DNA of 53,280 nucleotides from Perkinsus chesapeaki ATCC PRA-425 (GCA_013115145.1 JAAPAO010000202.1:1-53280); one strand, 5' to 3'. Shown: positions 1-10,781, counted from the first letter of the stretch. Numbers and translations are program-made. The notes: generated from the sequence alone by a model not told the origin.

Positions 1-2
1 TT

Positions 3-197
3 ACCTGGTCGAGGCCGATGACTAGCCTTATAGGCGGTGTCAACTTGGTGGCCTTATATCTATTACTTATTGTGGTCTGGTATGCGTTGTCCGCCCAAGG
101 CCGACGTCAATCATTGACGGTCAATGTTTTGTGTGAATCTTGTCTCCCTCATGCAACGCTAGAAGCGTATCTCAGAGTTATCACTGTAGCGCGCTAG
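3..197 (+). CDS. Possible C-terminal end of a membrane protein (cation/Ca2+ exchanger-like last helix), partial
   Basis: Frame 3 from the window edge reads TWSRPMTSLIGGVNLVALYLLLIVVWY, a hydrophobic helix loosely like the last TM of CAX exchangers; too short to be sure. Confidence 0.25.
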   Translation, partial: TWSRPMTSLIGGVNLVALYLLLIVVWYALSAQGRRQSLTVNVLCESCLPHATLEAYLRVITVAR

Positions 198-350
198 TAG
201 AGGCTGCTTGTAGCACCAAGCTTCGTAGGGTGGTTCAACTCCAAATCGTGAGTCATTAGCACTAACGTGCTGCTCGCTTGAGCCTTGTTTCGTGACCCAT
301 TGCAGCTGATTATCAATCAGTGATTTTTGATTCACTTTTTCGAGTATCTG

Positions 351-3300
351 ATGCCCATAAACTACAATCATATTGTTATCGACGAGGCCCGCATCGAACA
401 AACGTGTCATTTCTGTAGGACGGAAGAGGTTCCTGATGCCGCTGGTCTATGGGTTGGTTGTGATAGATGCTTTGCATGGTTTCATGTCCCCTGTGCTCCT
501 AATTATGGTGATGCGTTAGCTCAGCAGTCTCAGACTAGCCGGAGCTCTCGCACAAGGTCCGGTACTAGAAGGTCGAGGTCTACCAGAGGTAATGGAGTTG
601 ACAGCGATAACCTGTGGCTCTGTCCAGGATGCCGCCTCTCCCGAGAACGTGAAGGAGACCTAAACTGTAAGGCCATTGTTACACCGGTTCTCAAGCTAAT
701 CAATGACCTCCAACTCGAATTTGTTGATGGTACACACAATCTGGCCAAGGAGCTGGTGAAGGCATCGTCGAAGGTTTCTTGTCGTGATTCTGAGTACAAG
801 AAGATTTGGAAACTAGGGGGTGAGCAGAACTCTCCCGTGAACTTGTTGCTTTCGGCTAACATCAAGTGTAAGCTGTCGCTTGGCCGTAAGAAACTACCTT
901 TCTTCGACTTTGCCCGTTTTGTGAGTCTCGAGCTCAGCGGTCTGGAGGCGGAGGCCTTATCACAGCTTGACTACTATCTGAGCCACACTTTTGGTGCCCT
1001 TATCTGCCGTGCTTTGAATATCACAAGTTTGAAGTATTTATGGGAAGCTGATCCTCACAAGCAGGCGGAGACGGCAGCGGAGGAAGAGACGCGTACATGT
1101 CGAGAGAGGCAGGTGACTTTATTCCTGCGCGAGCAGGCAAGCAAGATTGGCCGTGAGGAACTGGATACTCACAGCGTATGGAAAAAGGTCCGCCGCTCTC
1201 TCGAAGGGCTTATTCGTTGTGGTACCAATACTGGTTTACTATCTCGTATACAGTCAGATATGTCTGGCCGCCCTGGTATTATTGATCTTCGCCAGGGGAT
1301 CGCCGACTTTATGCCAGAAGGATTTATAATGATTGCAAGATCCAGCGAGGCCATTGCAGAGAGCCAGGTGACTGTTGGAAATGTGGTCTATGTCGCTAAA
1401 GGGTGTTTTAAGGATGACGAGAATGGTGGTCATGCCTTGTACTATTCGATAGCTGACGGAGAGACCCCTGCACGTGGCTACAGAGCTGTGATGTACATCA
1501 GAGCTAGTGCAGCAGAAGCTGTATGTGATATCTGTTACAAGAATCGACACTCTGAGCATGCTAAGATACGGTTCTGTTGCTGCTCTGGTTCGGTTTGCTA
1601 TGTGTGCCAGTTCCAGCACGCTATTTTACTGTTCTCTAAGAAGCATCCGTTAGCGTGCGTTGTCTGTCGACAGCCTCTACCTGATACTTCTGCTTGTTGG
1701 CGAGTCGCTTTCGATGCTCACAGCTTCATTACCATACTGATAGCGTTGAATCCTCGAAGTCGAGAACTTCTCGAGTCTCAAGGAGAAGAAGCAGTGGTAA
1801 TACCCGACAGTGACGCTAACATCTCTAAAAGTTTGGCCTATGATGTTTTGCTCAACGTTCACTCTGGTAGCAACACCACCGAAAATGATGCTATGACACG
1901 TAGAGAGGTTGCAGCTTTATATCGACAACAGTTGAATCTGTCGCCAGAGCTAACTGATGAAGAGGTTATGAACAGAGCTAGGCGAGCTGCAGAACCCCAA
2001 GGCCTGCTCGATACAGCGCAGCTTCCGGCAGATTTAGCTGCATACCTCCCTGTAGCTGATGCTGGTGGGAACGGCGCGGGCCAATCATTGCCTGACGTGC
2101 TCGATCGTATAATTGCTGACGAAAACATGCTCTCAGAGGGCGATATATCTCCTATACGTAGCGGCCCGGTGTCTATATCTGACGATGGTTCTCCACTGCA
2201 ACGTTCCATGTACGGCTCGAGCGTCGCTAATGATGATGAGGATCGTGATGTTGGTTCTGCTGACGACGCTAATGATGACGAGGGTCGTGATGTTGGTACT
2301 GCTGGCGACGCTGGTGGGAATAATTCACCCAGCTATGTTACTGGTGACGGTAGCACTGCGCAAGCCCTGCCATCATCTGGACCATCTCTTCTCTCCAGTA
2401 CCTCGAGAGGAAATGGTGGATCTAATCTCTTACTGACGAGTGCCAGTGGATTGCTTCCAGCTGGCGGACATGCAACTCAACAAGCCAGCGTATCATCACT
2501 TGGCTTTGATGAGGAAGCTAGTGGTGTGATCAATAGTGGAGTCACTCGAAATACATCTGATCATGCTGTGGTGGGCATTTCTTCTGGATCTATCCTACAT
2601 AGCAATCCACATCGGGCAAATATGCCCTCGGTGATCAGCTCTTCGACGTCGACCGGGGATAGAGGTGCTTCAAGGATTTTGAGTTCTTCGGCAAGATCTT
2701 CTCCGCTCCACGCTCGGCTAGCTCCTGGTGGTAATTTGTCTAACGGCAATCGTACTTACATGGTTGGAGCTGATCAACTGGAGGATGCGACAACCCCTCA
2801 ACCGTTGCGGCAGTCCGACGCGGCCTTGGAGGAGAGTGGTATGGTTATACAAGGTGAACAACAACCTGCTCGAGCTTCTAATCCCAGCGGCACACCTCCT
2901 GGAGCTCCTAATCTCAATGGTACACCTCCTCGAGCTCCTAATCCCAATGGTTCAAATCCTCATGGTGCTACTATAGCTGGGATGACTTTCACTTCGACCA
3001 ATAGAAACAATGAGGCTTTCTGGTGGGAGTCACGATTGTATGCCAGAGAAGGTAATGAGAGCCGTATTGGTGTACGGTATCGCTGCCGCGGCCCGGGTCA
3101 CTGTACGTCTTCATGCACTTTGAGCGTCGACAGAAGTCAGTGGGTTCGTAGGCCGTCGAACCATGTGCCCGGCTGTGTTGCTGATCCCCATCGTCAAGAA
3201 ATATCCTTGGCTGCTCGGCGTCTCCAAGCCTCCGCTCGCGCTGACGAGAATATGACGGTTTTGACTGCTCTAACCACAACTGGCAATAATGAGTATGCTG

Positions 3301-4430
3301 ATACAAGAGATCTCCGCAATCTCCGAGAGCGACAGTCTTATACTATGAGAAGATCCCTTCAGCTTCCCGGTCTACCCACTGGTCCCATAGGTTCGCGACA
3401 GTTTATGGTTCAAAATCATGAGAACATCACTCAATACGGTGGGCAGACACTCCAAGGTCAAGCTTTCGTTCGCTTCAACGACGTTGACGAGGGTGTGGCC
3501 GTCTTCGCAGCAGATGAATGTATTCAGAGATGGAGAGAGGTCGATATGTTATTCATCGACTGTACCTTCTTTGTGACACCTCCTGGTTTTTCGCAGACGC
3601 TCACTGTAACAGGCGCTATCGGTACTCAGTTCATTCAGTTGGCCTATATCTTACTGCCTGATAGACAGGAGAGAACATACCGCTTGGCTCTGCGTGAACT
3701 TAAGCGTGTTGTAGAACAGGTGAATGGTAGCTGTGATGTGGTCGCGGTTATGACAGACTTTGAGAATGCTTTGCGCAACGCCATTACCAGCGTCTTCCTG
3801 GTGCAACCTCAAAATCTTCGTGGATGCCTCTTCCATGCCAGCAAAGCCTGGTTTAGTAAGCTTCGTGCTGAAGGTCTAGCGGCGGTATATCGTGAACGTG
3901 TTTCTGAAGGCGAAGTACACAGTCCCCTGAATCGATGGCTACATGCAATTTTTGGTCTGCCGTGTTTGCATCCTTCGGAGGTCACTCGAGTTTGGAATGA
4001 CCTAAAGCTTGGCCAACCTCTAGATCAACGGGCTGCTGTTCTTGTCGAATATCTCGATCGGTATTTCATGCAACCAACATCTACTTGGCCACCTATCTAC
4101 TGGGCTGCGGCGGCAGGAGAGCGGCACAGAACTAACAATGCAGCAGAGTCCCTACATTCTACTCTAAAGAGATTGATTGGCCGAAGGAGGCCCAACATAA
4201 GGTTTTTCTTGCACAAACTGAAGGTTCATCATGAAGCCGTTCGTGTAAGACTCCGTTCTACAAGAATTCCGTCAAGCCGCAGATCTCCCAAGGAGCTGCA
4301 ACGGTGTCTGATAACTGATAGATACTTGGCCGGCGATATGACTCTATATGAACTACTCGAGAGTTTGGGTCGCATAAATACCTTTCCCAACTTGAGTGCT
4401 GATGGTGATATGGGTGATGATACCCAGTAA
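351..4430 (+). CDS. Mutator-like (MULE) transposase fused to N-terminal PHD finger and C4C4 RING finger
   Basis: Single uninterrupted ORF (first ATG at 351). PHD C4HC3 at 405-632; RING at 1524-1676; FLYWCH-like YRC..C..NH at about 3040-3170; MULE motifs FIDCTF (D 3558), VMTDFE (D 3756), GCLFH, RTNNAAESLH (E 4146). Confidence 0.9.
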   Translation: MPINYNHIVIDEARIEQTCHFCRTEEVPDAAGLWVGCDRCFAWFHVPCAPNYGDALAQQSQTSRSSRTRSGTRRSRSTRGNGVDSDNLWLCPGCRLSREREGDLNCKAIVTPVLKLINDLQLEFVDGTHNLAKELVKASSKVSCRDSEYKKIWKLGGEQNSPVNLLLSANIKCKLSLGRKKLPFFDFARFVSLELSGLEAEALSQLDYYLSHTFGALICRALNITSLKYLWEADPHKQAETAAEEETRTCRERQVTLFLREQASKIGREELDTHSVWKKVRRSLEGLIRCGTNTGLLSRIQSDMSGRPGIIDLRQGIADFMPEGFIMIARSSEAIAESQVTVGNVVYVAKGCFKDDENGGHALYYSIADGETPARGYRAVMYIRASAAEAVCDICYKNRHSEHAKIRFCCCSGSVCYVCQFQHAILLFSKKHPLACVVCRQPLPDTSACWRVAFDAHSFITILIALNPRSRELLESQGEEAVVIPDSDANISKSLAYDVLLNVHSGSNTTENDAMTRREVAALYRQQLNLSPELTDEEVMNRARRAAEPQGLLDTAQLPADLAAYLPVADAGGNGAGQSLPDVLDRIIADENMLSEGDISPIRSGPVSISDDGSPLQRSMYGSSVANDDEDRDVGSADDANDDEGRDVGTAGDAGGNNSPSYVTGDGSTAQALPSSGPSLLSSTSRGNGGSNLLLTSASGLLPAGGHATQQASVSSLGFDEEASGVINSGVTRNTSDHAVVGISSGSILHSNPHRANMPSVISSSTSTGDRGASRILSSSARSSPLHARLAPGGNLSNGNRTYMVGADQLEDATTPQPLRQSDAALEESGMVIQGEQQPARASNPSGTPPGAPNLNGTPPRAPNPNGSNPHGATIAGMTFTSTNRNNEAFWWESRLYAREGNESRIGVRYRCRGPGHCTSSCTLSVDRSQWVRRPSNHVPGCVADPHRQEISLAARRLQASARADENMTVLTALTTTGNNEYADTRDLRNLRERQSYTMRRSLQLPGLPTGPIGSRQFMVQNHENITQYGGQTLQGQAFVRFNDVDEGVAVFAADECIQRWREVDMLFIDCTFFVTPPGFSQTLTVTGAIGTQFIQLAYILLPDRQERTYRLALRELKRVVEQVNGSCDVVAVMTDFENALRNAITSVFLVQPQNLRGCLFHASKAWFSKLRAEGLAAVYRERVSEGEVHSPLNRWLHAIFGLPCLHPSEVTRVWNDLKLGQPLDQRAAVLVEYLDRYFMQPTSTWPPIYWAAAAGERHRTNNAAESLHSTLKRLIGRRRPNIRFFLHKLKVHHEAVRVRLRSTRIPSSRRSPKELQRCLITDRYLAGDMTLYELLESLGRINTFPNLSADGDMGDDTQ
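2226..2309 (+). repeat. 42-bp tandem duplication inside the transposase linker
   Basis: Encodes ANDDEDRDVGSADD / ANDDEGRDVGTAGD. Confidence 0.9.
2865..2954 (+). repeat. 3 x 30-bp tandem repeat inside the transposase linker
   Basis: Encodes PARASNPSGT / PPGAPNLNGT / PPRAPNPNGS. Confidence 0.9.
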
Positions 4431-5494
4431 TTATAATCGACATTATCGATTTCTGACTATCCTAGGCTCCATAGACATGCCACATTCGATAGGTTTGTGG
4501 ATTTCGTTTTCTTGTGGGTGTTCGTTTCCGTTTTCTCATCGTATGGTTGTTCTCTCTGTCCTTGTTCACTATTATGGTTATTTTCGAGCTGTTGTGAGAT
4601 GCTTTTCTGTAAGAGTGTAGAGAAATGATTTTTTAAAATTTAATACAAATCAGAGTATTTTGGTAAACAAAACCTTCGTAACTGCTCTACCCGCAGCTTG
4701 CGCCATATATTCTGGGATCCAGATGGACTACGGTAATAACTGACGCAGTCCAAATATCATCTCCACTTTATTGTCAGGTAGTCATCTTGCAAGCAAGACT
4801 TCCATGAGAAGCCAATGGATTTTGATACGGCGGGTTAAGAAGTGTATCGATATTCTTGTTTTGACCCAGTGGTTTGTGAAGACTCTTTTATTAGGTACTG
4901 CAGCGGTTTCAATTGATAAGTTGATAACTTTTTAATCGAGATAATGATAGTAGCAGTTTCTGATATGCTGTTCCAGTTCATGAAAGTCGTGTTGAGTTAA
5001 CAAGTTAAGGTCACCTTAACAAGGTGATAAACGTAGCCCTGGTTTAACGCGAACAGACAGCCTCGCAGTTAGAGGCAATAATGAGAGTAGTAGACCCCCG
5101 TGAAGTCAAGAAATAGAATAATACTGAACATATTATGGTACTGTACTATGGAAGCGAATGAAACGAGCTACGGGAAAACATATAAATACGGCGAATTCAA
5201 GACCGATTGGTGCTAATAAGGCTACGAGAATCACATTGATTGCGCAAAGCAAAACGACGCGGTAATCAAACAGCTATGAAAATTAGGATAAAACAACTTG
5301 TAAGAGCTGCGCGAATGTGCAAGTCGCATGGATAATTAAAGTGTATTAGGGCAGAGACGCGTTAGCAACCGTACTACGTGGAAAAGTGGGAGTGTATAGT
5401 CCGCAATCTGACAAGCTCTAGTGTAATCTCAAGTGTAACGTCGGAAGTTCGAAGTGGAAACCTAGCATGCGTTCACCATGGAACTTCCGTGTAC

Positions 5495-5788
5495 TCATTG
5501 GGTAGAATTTGATATATAAAGCCACCAAGTGGGATTCCCCTAGCAGAATATATTAGGAAAAGTAGGCATAAACCGGTATGGGAAGGAGATACAGCACTTA
5601 AGATGGCGTAACCCGGGTAGTAAACCCGTGTAACAGCGCACTCGCCGCAACCCACACGAAAAGCATCGCATTATGAGGAAACCTGCAAATCTAACGGAAA
5701 GACCAACAAATAGGCGAAATCCAGCGCTTTTTGGCGAAATACGTCTGTTTAACCTACGAAAGTGGTGAATGGCGTTGACATGACTCAT
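5495..5788 (-). CDS. Possible small spliced single-TM protein, head-to-head with the gene at 6107
   Basis: One plausible splice gives MSHVNAIHHFR-RFPHNAMLFVWVAASALLHGFTTR; downstream exon choice is ambiguous. Confidence 0.3.
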
Positions 5789-6106
5789 TTTGCCAAGGCG
5801 ATCTTGTCGAAACGCAGAACCAGAGGCAGAATAGATTACATGGGCGCGCGAGTTGGCCAAATTTAACAAGCGGTTTACAACAAGGTGTGGCAATAACCGG
5901 TAAATTTCTTTACCAAGTCGCTGTAATACCGTCTAGAATAGGCCCTGTAACGTGAAAGAACAAGTAGGTGAGAGTGTAATGAATTTGGGAAATCGCCGAC
6001 GTTGGTGAGTTGGCGAAACCTGGCGCTCCGCCAACTTCGTAAAGGTGAACGCGAGTTCTAAGGCGTTTAAGTGTAGGCTTTTGTTGAGCTTGCTCCCACA
6101 ATCTCA

Positions 6107-7023
6107 ATGCTAACCTTTCCAAGGAGGTCCTTAGGGTTGGTCGCTGGTGCCCGCAGATTCATCAGGCCTCTTGGCGCGAGGTATTTCAGTGTCTACGAAG
6201 GTAGGTTGAGCTTGCATCTCAGAGATCATAAGATTCTCGTTTTAGGCCAGACTGTTCAAGAGTCCGAGTTAATTCCACAGGAGGACGACTGGGTCATCGA
6301 GGAGACCAACTTCTGTTTGGGAAGGTCGGCATTTTAACTAGCTTCGTGCGGCCTCGGATGCCCAGTGCCCTATCAGGAACTGCTATGTTCGTTTTCGCGA
6401 GGAGGATGATCTGGCTAGGCGTGCTCTCCATCAGATGGATTCCCAGTTGAATAAGATGCATACTAGGTTGCGTGATGGTAGCCTCTCCTTCTTCACTCGT
6501 ACCACATAACCCCTCCCTCAGGTACCGTTATCCCCTATATGTCTTTTCACCCGGATGAGATGGTCGATAGGCCCGGTAGGTCGCCCGAGTCTTGCTCAGC
6601 AATGTCAATCCTTCGTGTCAGCTCCCGTCCATACTTTCACGGAGAAGCCTTTGTTGAAGTGGACATGGGATGAGACCTACGAGGAGGCTTATGATGATCC
6701 CGATGCTCCTTCTTACAAGCGAGTCCCTTATCCTGGTGATGCTCAGACTGAGGCACCTGAAGAGGTAGGGCCGCCGGTGAACTGCTTGTATCATTTTATG
6801 CACTTTCCTCCAGGTCGAAGAGCCTTGGAAAAAGCTCAAGAAGTCCACTAAGACTGCTGAAGCCGACCCTTCCCCTCCTGATGCGGAGACCCAGCAGCCT
6901 CAAGAGATTCCAGATGCCGAAGCCACTCCATCTGAGTCGGCAAAGGTAGGGATCGTAGGACCTTTAAAGGGAAGGGTATTTTATCTGTGTCAGGGCAAGA
7001 ATAAGAAGTCGGGCAAAAAGTGA
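6107..7023 (+). CDS. Uncharacterised protein with predicted mitochondrial presequence (7 exons, about 210 aa)
   Basis: Six GT-AG introns (e.g. 6201-6245, 6325-6376) splice to one open frame: MLTFPRRSLGLVAGARRFIRPLGARYFS...EETNFCLGRNCYVRFREEDDLARRALHQMD...PVHTFTEKPLLKWTWDETYEEAY...GKNKKSGKK*. N-terminus is Arg-rich, acid-free, with an RYFS cleavage-like motif. Confidence 0.8.
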
Positions 7024-7520
7024 GGTTGCTGCTGCCGCGTATAGTGGCACGATGATAATATTGCTCTCTACTATCGTACATCCAGTGGCGACTGCTGCCC
7101 TGGACCTAGCACCTCTACACCGTCTTTTTGCTGTGTATTTGTGGTCTATTGCCATTGGGCCATGATAGCCAAATGAAAGTGGGACGAGGCTCATATCAAT
7201 TTTGTTTACCCTCCTTATGCTTGCGTTCAGTACCAGCTACCAAGGATCACCAGTAGGAATGGTGCCCCTGCTGCAGAGTGCTGCAGCGAACAGGACCAGT
7301 CATTGAGGAGATGTGCAGCATCTCCATGCGTATTTAGATCAATCAGATTGTAGAAACGGATATCTTTGTATCCTTTCTACTCGCTGCTGGTGTAGCAGCG
7401 TAATTCCGCGGACACAACACGGCAAAGGCAGGACAGTCCATAACGGACTATAATGGATGTTAGGGGAACGACATGAAAGTAGAACAGATAGAAATAATAA
7501 TCCGAACTAGTCCAGGAACC

Positions 7521-7622
7521 TGTGCAACCACGCCGGTACCAAAAGCCAGTAGGATAGCCGTTACAAACATCTCGGCAAAGCACTTCTTCCAGAGTGGTGG
7601 CTCACCAGAAGGCGACTGTGCC
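7521..7622 (-). pseudogene. Aquaglyceroporin 5' relic (TM1 region only)
   Basis: About 100 bp nearly identical to roughly 11420-11520 of the second aquaporin; start codon and the rest of the gene are absent. Confidence 0.85.
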
Positions 7623-7639
7623 TACCGCGGCAGCTCAGA

Positions 7640-8284
7640 AGATCACCTACGAAACCATTGTTGGCTTGAATCTGAAGATTATTTGTTGCTGCAATTGAAC
7701 CAAGAAGCACTTGGGGAGAAAAGTGCTATGCTGTTCAGCCAAACATGCCCTTGTATATGCCCAACGAATTTTGCTTCCTGTCAGAAGTTTTTCGTCGCTC
7801 AACCGCATTCGTATAGGTCATCTCGCCCCCTCGCCAATTGAATGCAATTTGAAGTCCCAGAAATGAAAATTGTCTCTTTGTGTTACTATCAAAATGAGTA
7901 AGTATCCTTCAGAATTATCCGGTTTAGATCGTATACTTCGGAAATGGTATGTACTATCAACATAAGCCGTACCCGTGAGAAACAGCAGCCCGAAGCGCCT
8001 AAGGGAGAAGTGCGAACTAGAACCTGGCCAATGGAATAAAGTGTACAGACGGTAGTCTGAAAAGACAATGTGACTAATGATGCGAGCTAAGTGTTGAAGC
8101 TAGGCAATTCAGGGCCTATGTTTCGATATTGAATGGCTCAGATACGGTGATGTGACGATCAAAAAAGTTCACCTGTAAATATCAGCACTGACGATTTCGA
8201 CAAGTAGTTGTAGGAAGCTCGAACCCTGAACAAATAATTATAGTGACGGCAGAGCACTGCTCTAGATTGCAATCAAAATAGTAG
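7640..8284. repeat. Diverged duplicate of the inter-aquaporin spacer at about 11690-12826
   Basis: Shared blocks such as ggtttagatcgtata, tactatcaaca(c/t)aagccgtacc, gaacctgg(c)(c/g)aatggaataaagtgtacagacg, gatcaaaaaagttcacctgt. Confidence 0.85.
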
Positions 8285-9088
8285 CTACAATAGGGTGAGC
8301 CTTTGGAGAGTAATACCAATAGTTCCGCCTAGCATGGGGCCGACTATAGGGACCCAGAAATAGTAATTGTCCGCCGTGAAGACCTGAGGGCCCCATCCTG
8401 CTAAAGCAGTGAATAATCTAGGACCGAAGTCTCTTGCTGGATTTATAGCATAACCAGTATTGGCCCCAAAGCAGAGACCAATTGCTAGTAAGGCAAGACC
8501 GACGAATCCAGCGATGTGGAAGCGATTGGCGGGAGCTTTATCCTTGCTGTGGATAACCGCAGCTATCGCTGTTGTGAGGAGAGCAGTGCCAACCATCTCA
8601 TTAACGATCTGGTTGAAGGCGTTTGTTCCTGGCCTGGGATAGGTCGCAAAGACACCGGCATTGGAAAGGTCCTTCACTTCCATTTCTTGATAGTAACATA
8701 GAAATGTTATAGCAGCACCGATGAACGCCCCCAAGATTTGTGAGCCAATGTACGGCAGAAGGTTCCTCCACGGCATAAGTTTTGAGACACAAAGAGCCAG
8801 CGAAACCGCTGGGTTTAAGTGAGCACCAGATATGCGGACACTGGCAAGGATGCCGAATACCAAACCGCAAGCCCAACCAATGCTGAGAGCCAGGTAGTTG
8901 CCGACAACATCCACTTTTACTTGGGCCACTACACCCGTTCCGAACGTAACCAGGACAGCCGTCCCGAACAATTCGGCTATACATTTCCTCCAAAGCGGGG
9001 CTTCACCAGACGTTGACTCAAGGGGTGCAGCCGATGAGCACCCGGAGGAACGACGCCAATTTTTGAGGGAAATTCCGGAACCACTCAT
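8285..9088 (-). CDS. AQP: Aquaglyceroporin (MIP family), copy 1, intronless
   Basis: SGAHLNPAVS and GYAINPARDFGPRLF motifs, six hydrophobic helices; Asp after second NPA marks the glycerol-facilitator class. Confidence 0.97.
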   Translation of the reverse strand: MSGSGISLKNWRRSSGCSSAAPLESTSGEAPLWRKCIAELFGTAVLVTFGTGVVAQVKVDVVGNYLALSIGWACGLVFGILASVRISGAHLNPAVSLALCVSKLMPWRNLLPYIGSQILGAFIGAAITFLCYYQEMEVKDLSNAGVFATYPRPGTNAFNQIVNEMVGTALLTTAIAAVIHSKDKAPANRFHIAGFVGLALLAIGLCFGANTGYAINPARDFGPRLFTALAGWGPQVFTADNYYFWVPIVGPMLGGTIGITLQRLTLL

Positions 9089-9214
9089 TTCGCTGAAATG
9101 GTGAAGCGTAATCCGGTGAACACAACACGACGAAGGCCGAACAGTCCATAACGGACTTCAGTAGATGTTAGGGAAACGGCATGACAGAAAAAGAGATACA
9201 AATAATACTCTGAA

Positions 9215-10064
9215 CTAGTTCATTAAGGCGTGGACATCGGTCTCTCCGAAACAAACAGTAATACCTTGAGTGGTTTAACATGGAAGGCATGAAGAGTACG
9301 GTCACGTTGTATTAGACGCAAGGTCACTCACTCCTTCCACGAAAATCCTTAGGTTTTATATGGACCTGTGTGTGAACATTGAACATGGTTTCACGGGGGT
9401 ACTTAGGGATACCGATAACAAGGGCACTGAATACCTGCCAGTTGAGCGTAGAGTTATCCAAGGGCGTCATCTCGGAGTAAACAGTCATCCGAAAAGAGCC
9501 AGAGGCAGATGGGCGGGAAGAGAAATCTTTCCCGGTAGTCCAAACAGATGCTCGCAGTATTCCCTTACCCGAAATGACTGAGGATTCTACTGGCACCTTG
9601 AAAGCATCAGCAACATGTGTCGCGGTACTACCATTGAAGTAAGTAGTGTTACCAAACGTAGCAGCTGATATGATATTGGTACTCGTACAGATGGTCGTAG
9701 CGGCTCGGATTTGCGGAGGTTTAAGTTGGACGTAGACTGGTGCTGCACAGCCGCCTGCCCGGGGAATCATTCCCTCTACACTCCCATTATGAAGCGTCAA
9801 GATGACACCGAAAAGGACCGTCTTCTCAGGATGGTCTACATCAAACATGTAGAGATCAAAGACGATCCACTTCCTCAGAGGATCCAGAACGCCCGTTAAA
9901 CAATAGGGCACCTTCTCGACTTGCTTCGTAATGGAACAATTAACCGGAACCGAGAACGACGCGGGATAGTCCGTGAGACTCCCAGGCATTTCATTGCTAA
10001 CGTCATGACCCAAGCTTCCAACAGTGAACAAAGCCATTATGGTGATGGCGAATAGAGGGATCAT
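9215..10064 (-). CDS. Putative secreted glycoprotein of unknown family (2 exons)
   Basis: Signal peptide MIPLFAITIMALFTVGSLG from ATG 10064; five N-x-S/T sequons; intron 9265-9331 then ITVCFGETDVHALMN*. Paralog fragment at 31276-31709. Confidence 0.8.
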
Positions 10065-10142
10065 GAGATGGTAGGGAGCCAGATGAGATGTGATGATTGA
10101 GGATGCCGAGCGAGAATACGCGGAGCGATAATTAGCTATATG

Positions 10143-10333
10143 CATCCTCGTAGAGTAGACAGTTTACAACTCAAGGAGCCCCAGACTAAAGGTAACAAGG
10201 TAGAATTAGAGTTTCTTCATAGAGCGCCTTGTCTCCCGTGACCTAACTATATTGGATCCATACACCCAAACTGGGCATATTCCTCACTGCACCCTATCAT
10301 AAGTGAAACGTATTCCACTCGTAAACGCTGGCG
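10143..10333. repeat. 191-bp block, near-identical to 31710-31900
   Basis: Direct comparison shows one mismatch in 191 bp (gagccccagac vs gagccacagac). Confidence 0.95.
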
Positions 10334-10781
10334 TGGGTGGACAGTCCGCCATGGATTTGAGTGAGAAGACGTATATGGATATTGCCTTGCTTGAAGGCCT
10401 GTCTATGGGTAAGGCTGCCTGTGGTCAAACGAATGACCAGGAGAGCCAAGTGGTCACAGTATTAACAACACGAGCCACATGTCAACAGGAAAGTGCCAGA
10501 AGCGCCTCTTTATATTTAATCGATCACGAAGAGCAAACGCAAATCTGGCGAATAACGGTACAAGCGCTAACCTAGAAAACCGAGTTTAATCCAACGGGGA
10601 TAACGGAAGTGGTAAGAGTCGGTGCCACTGGAAAGGAAGGAAGCAATATCGCCAATGCCATGGAGTCGGCCAGTGCTTCTATTGAGTTCGGAGGCTTTGC
10701 TAGCGTGTTAGTATGCTTCAGTAGGCAGAGACTCTGCAGCAGAGTCTAGAATGTATATAAAGTAACAGAACAAGCCCTTGG

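Larger units (their letters stand above)
327..4430 (+). mobile_element. Mutator-superfamily element or domesticated derivative; termini not resolved
   Basis: DDE triad and CxxH motif intact; intronless in an intron-rich genome; no TIR or TSD recognised by eye in 1-330 versus 4430-6100. Confidence 0.6.

Noticed and set aside
104-120. Short inverted repeat cgtcaat-c-attgacg as a transposon end
   Set aside because: Only 7 bp, local, with no counterpart to the right of the transposase.
4430-5470. Structured RNA or rRNA-like gene right of the transposase
   Set aside because: No rRNA, tRNA, snRNA or SL RNA motif recognised; only 6-7 bp stems near 4995-5015.
10143-10333. Solo LTR or MITE identity for the 191-bp block
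   Set aside because: No TG..CA termini, terminal inverted repeats or target-site duplication at either copy; kept only as an unexplained repeat.
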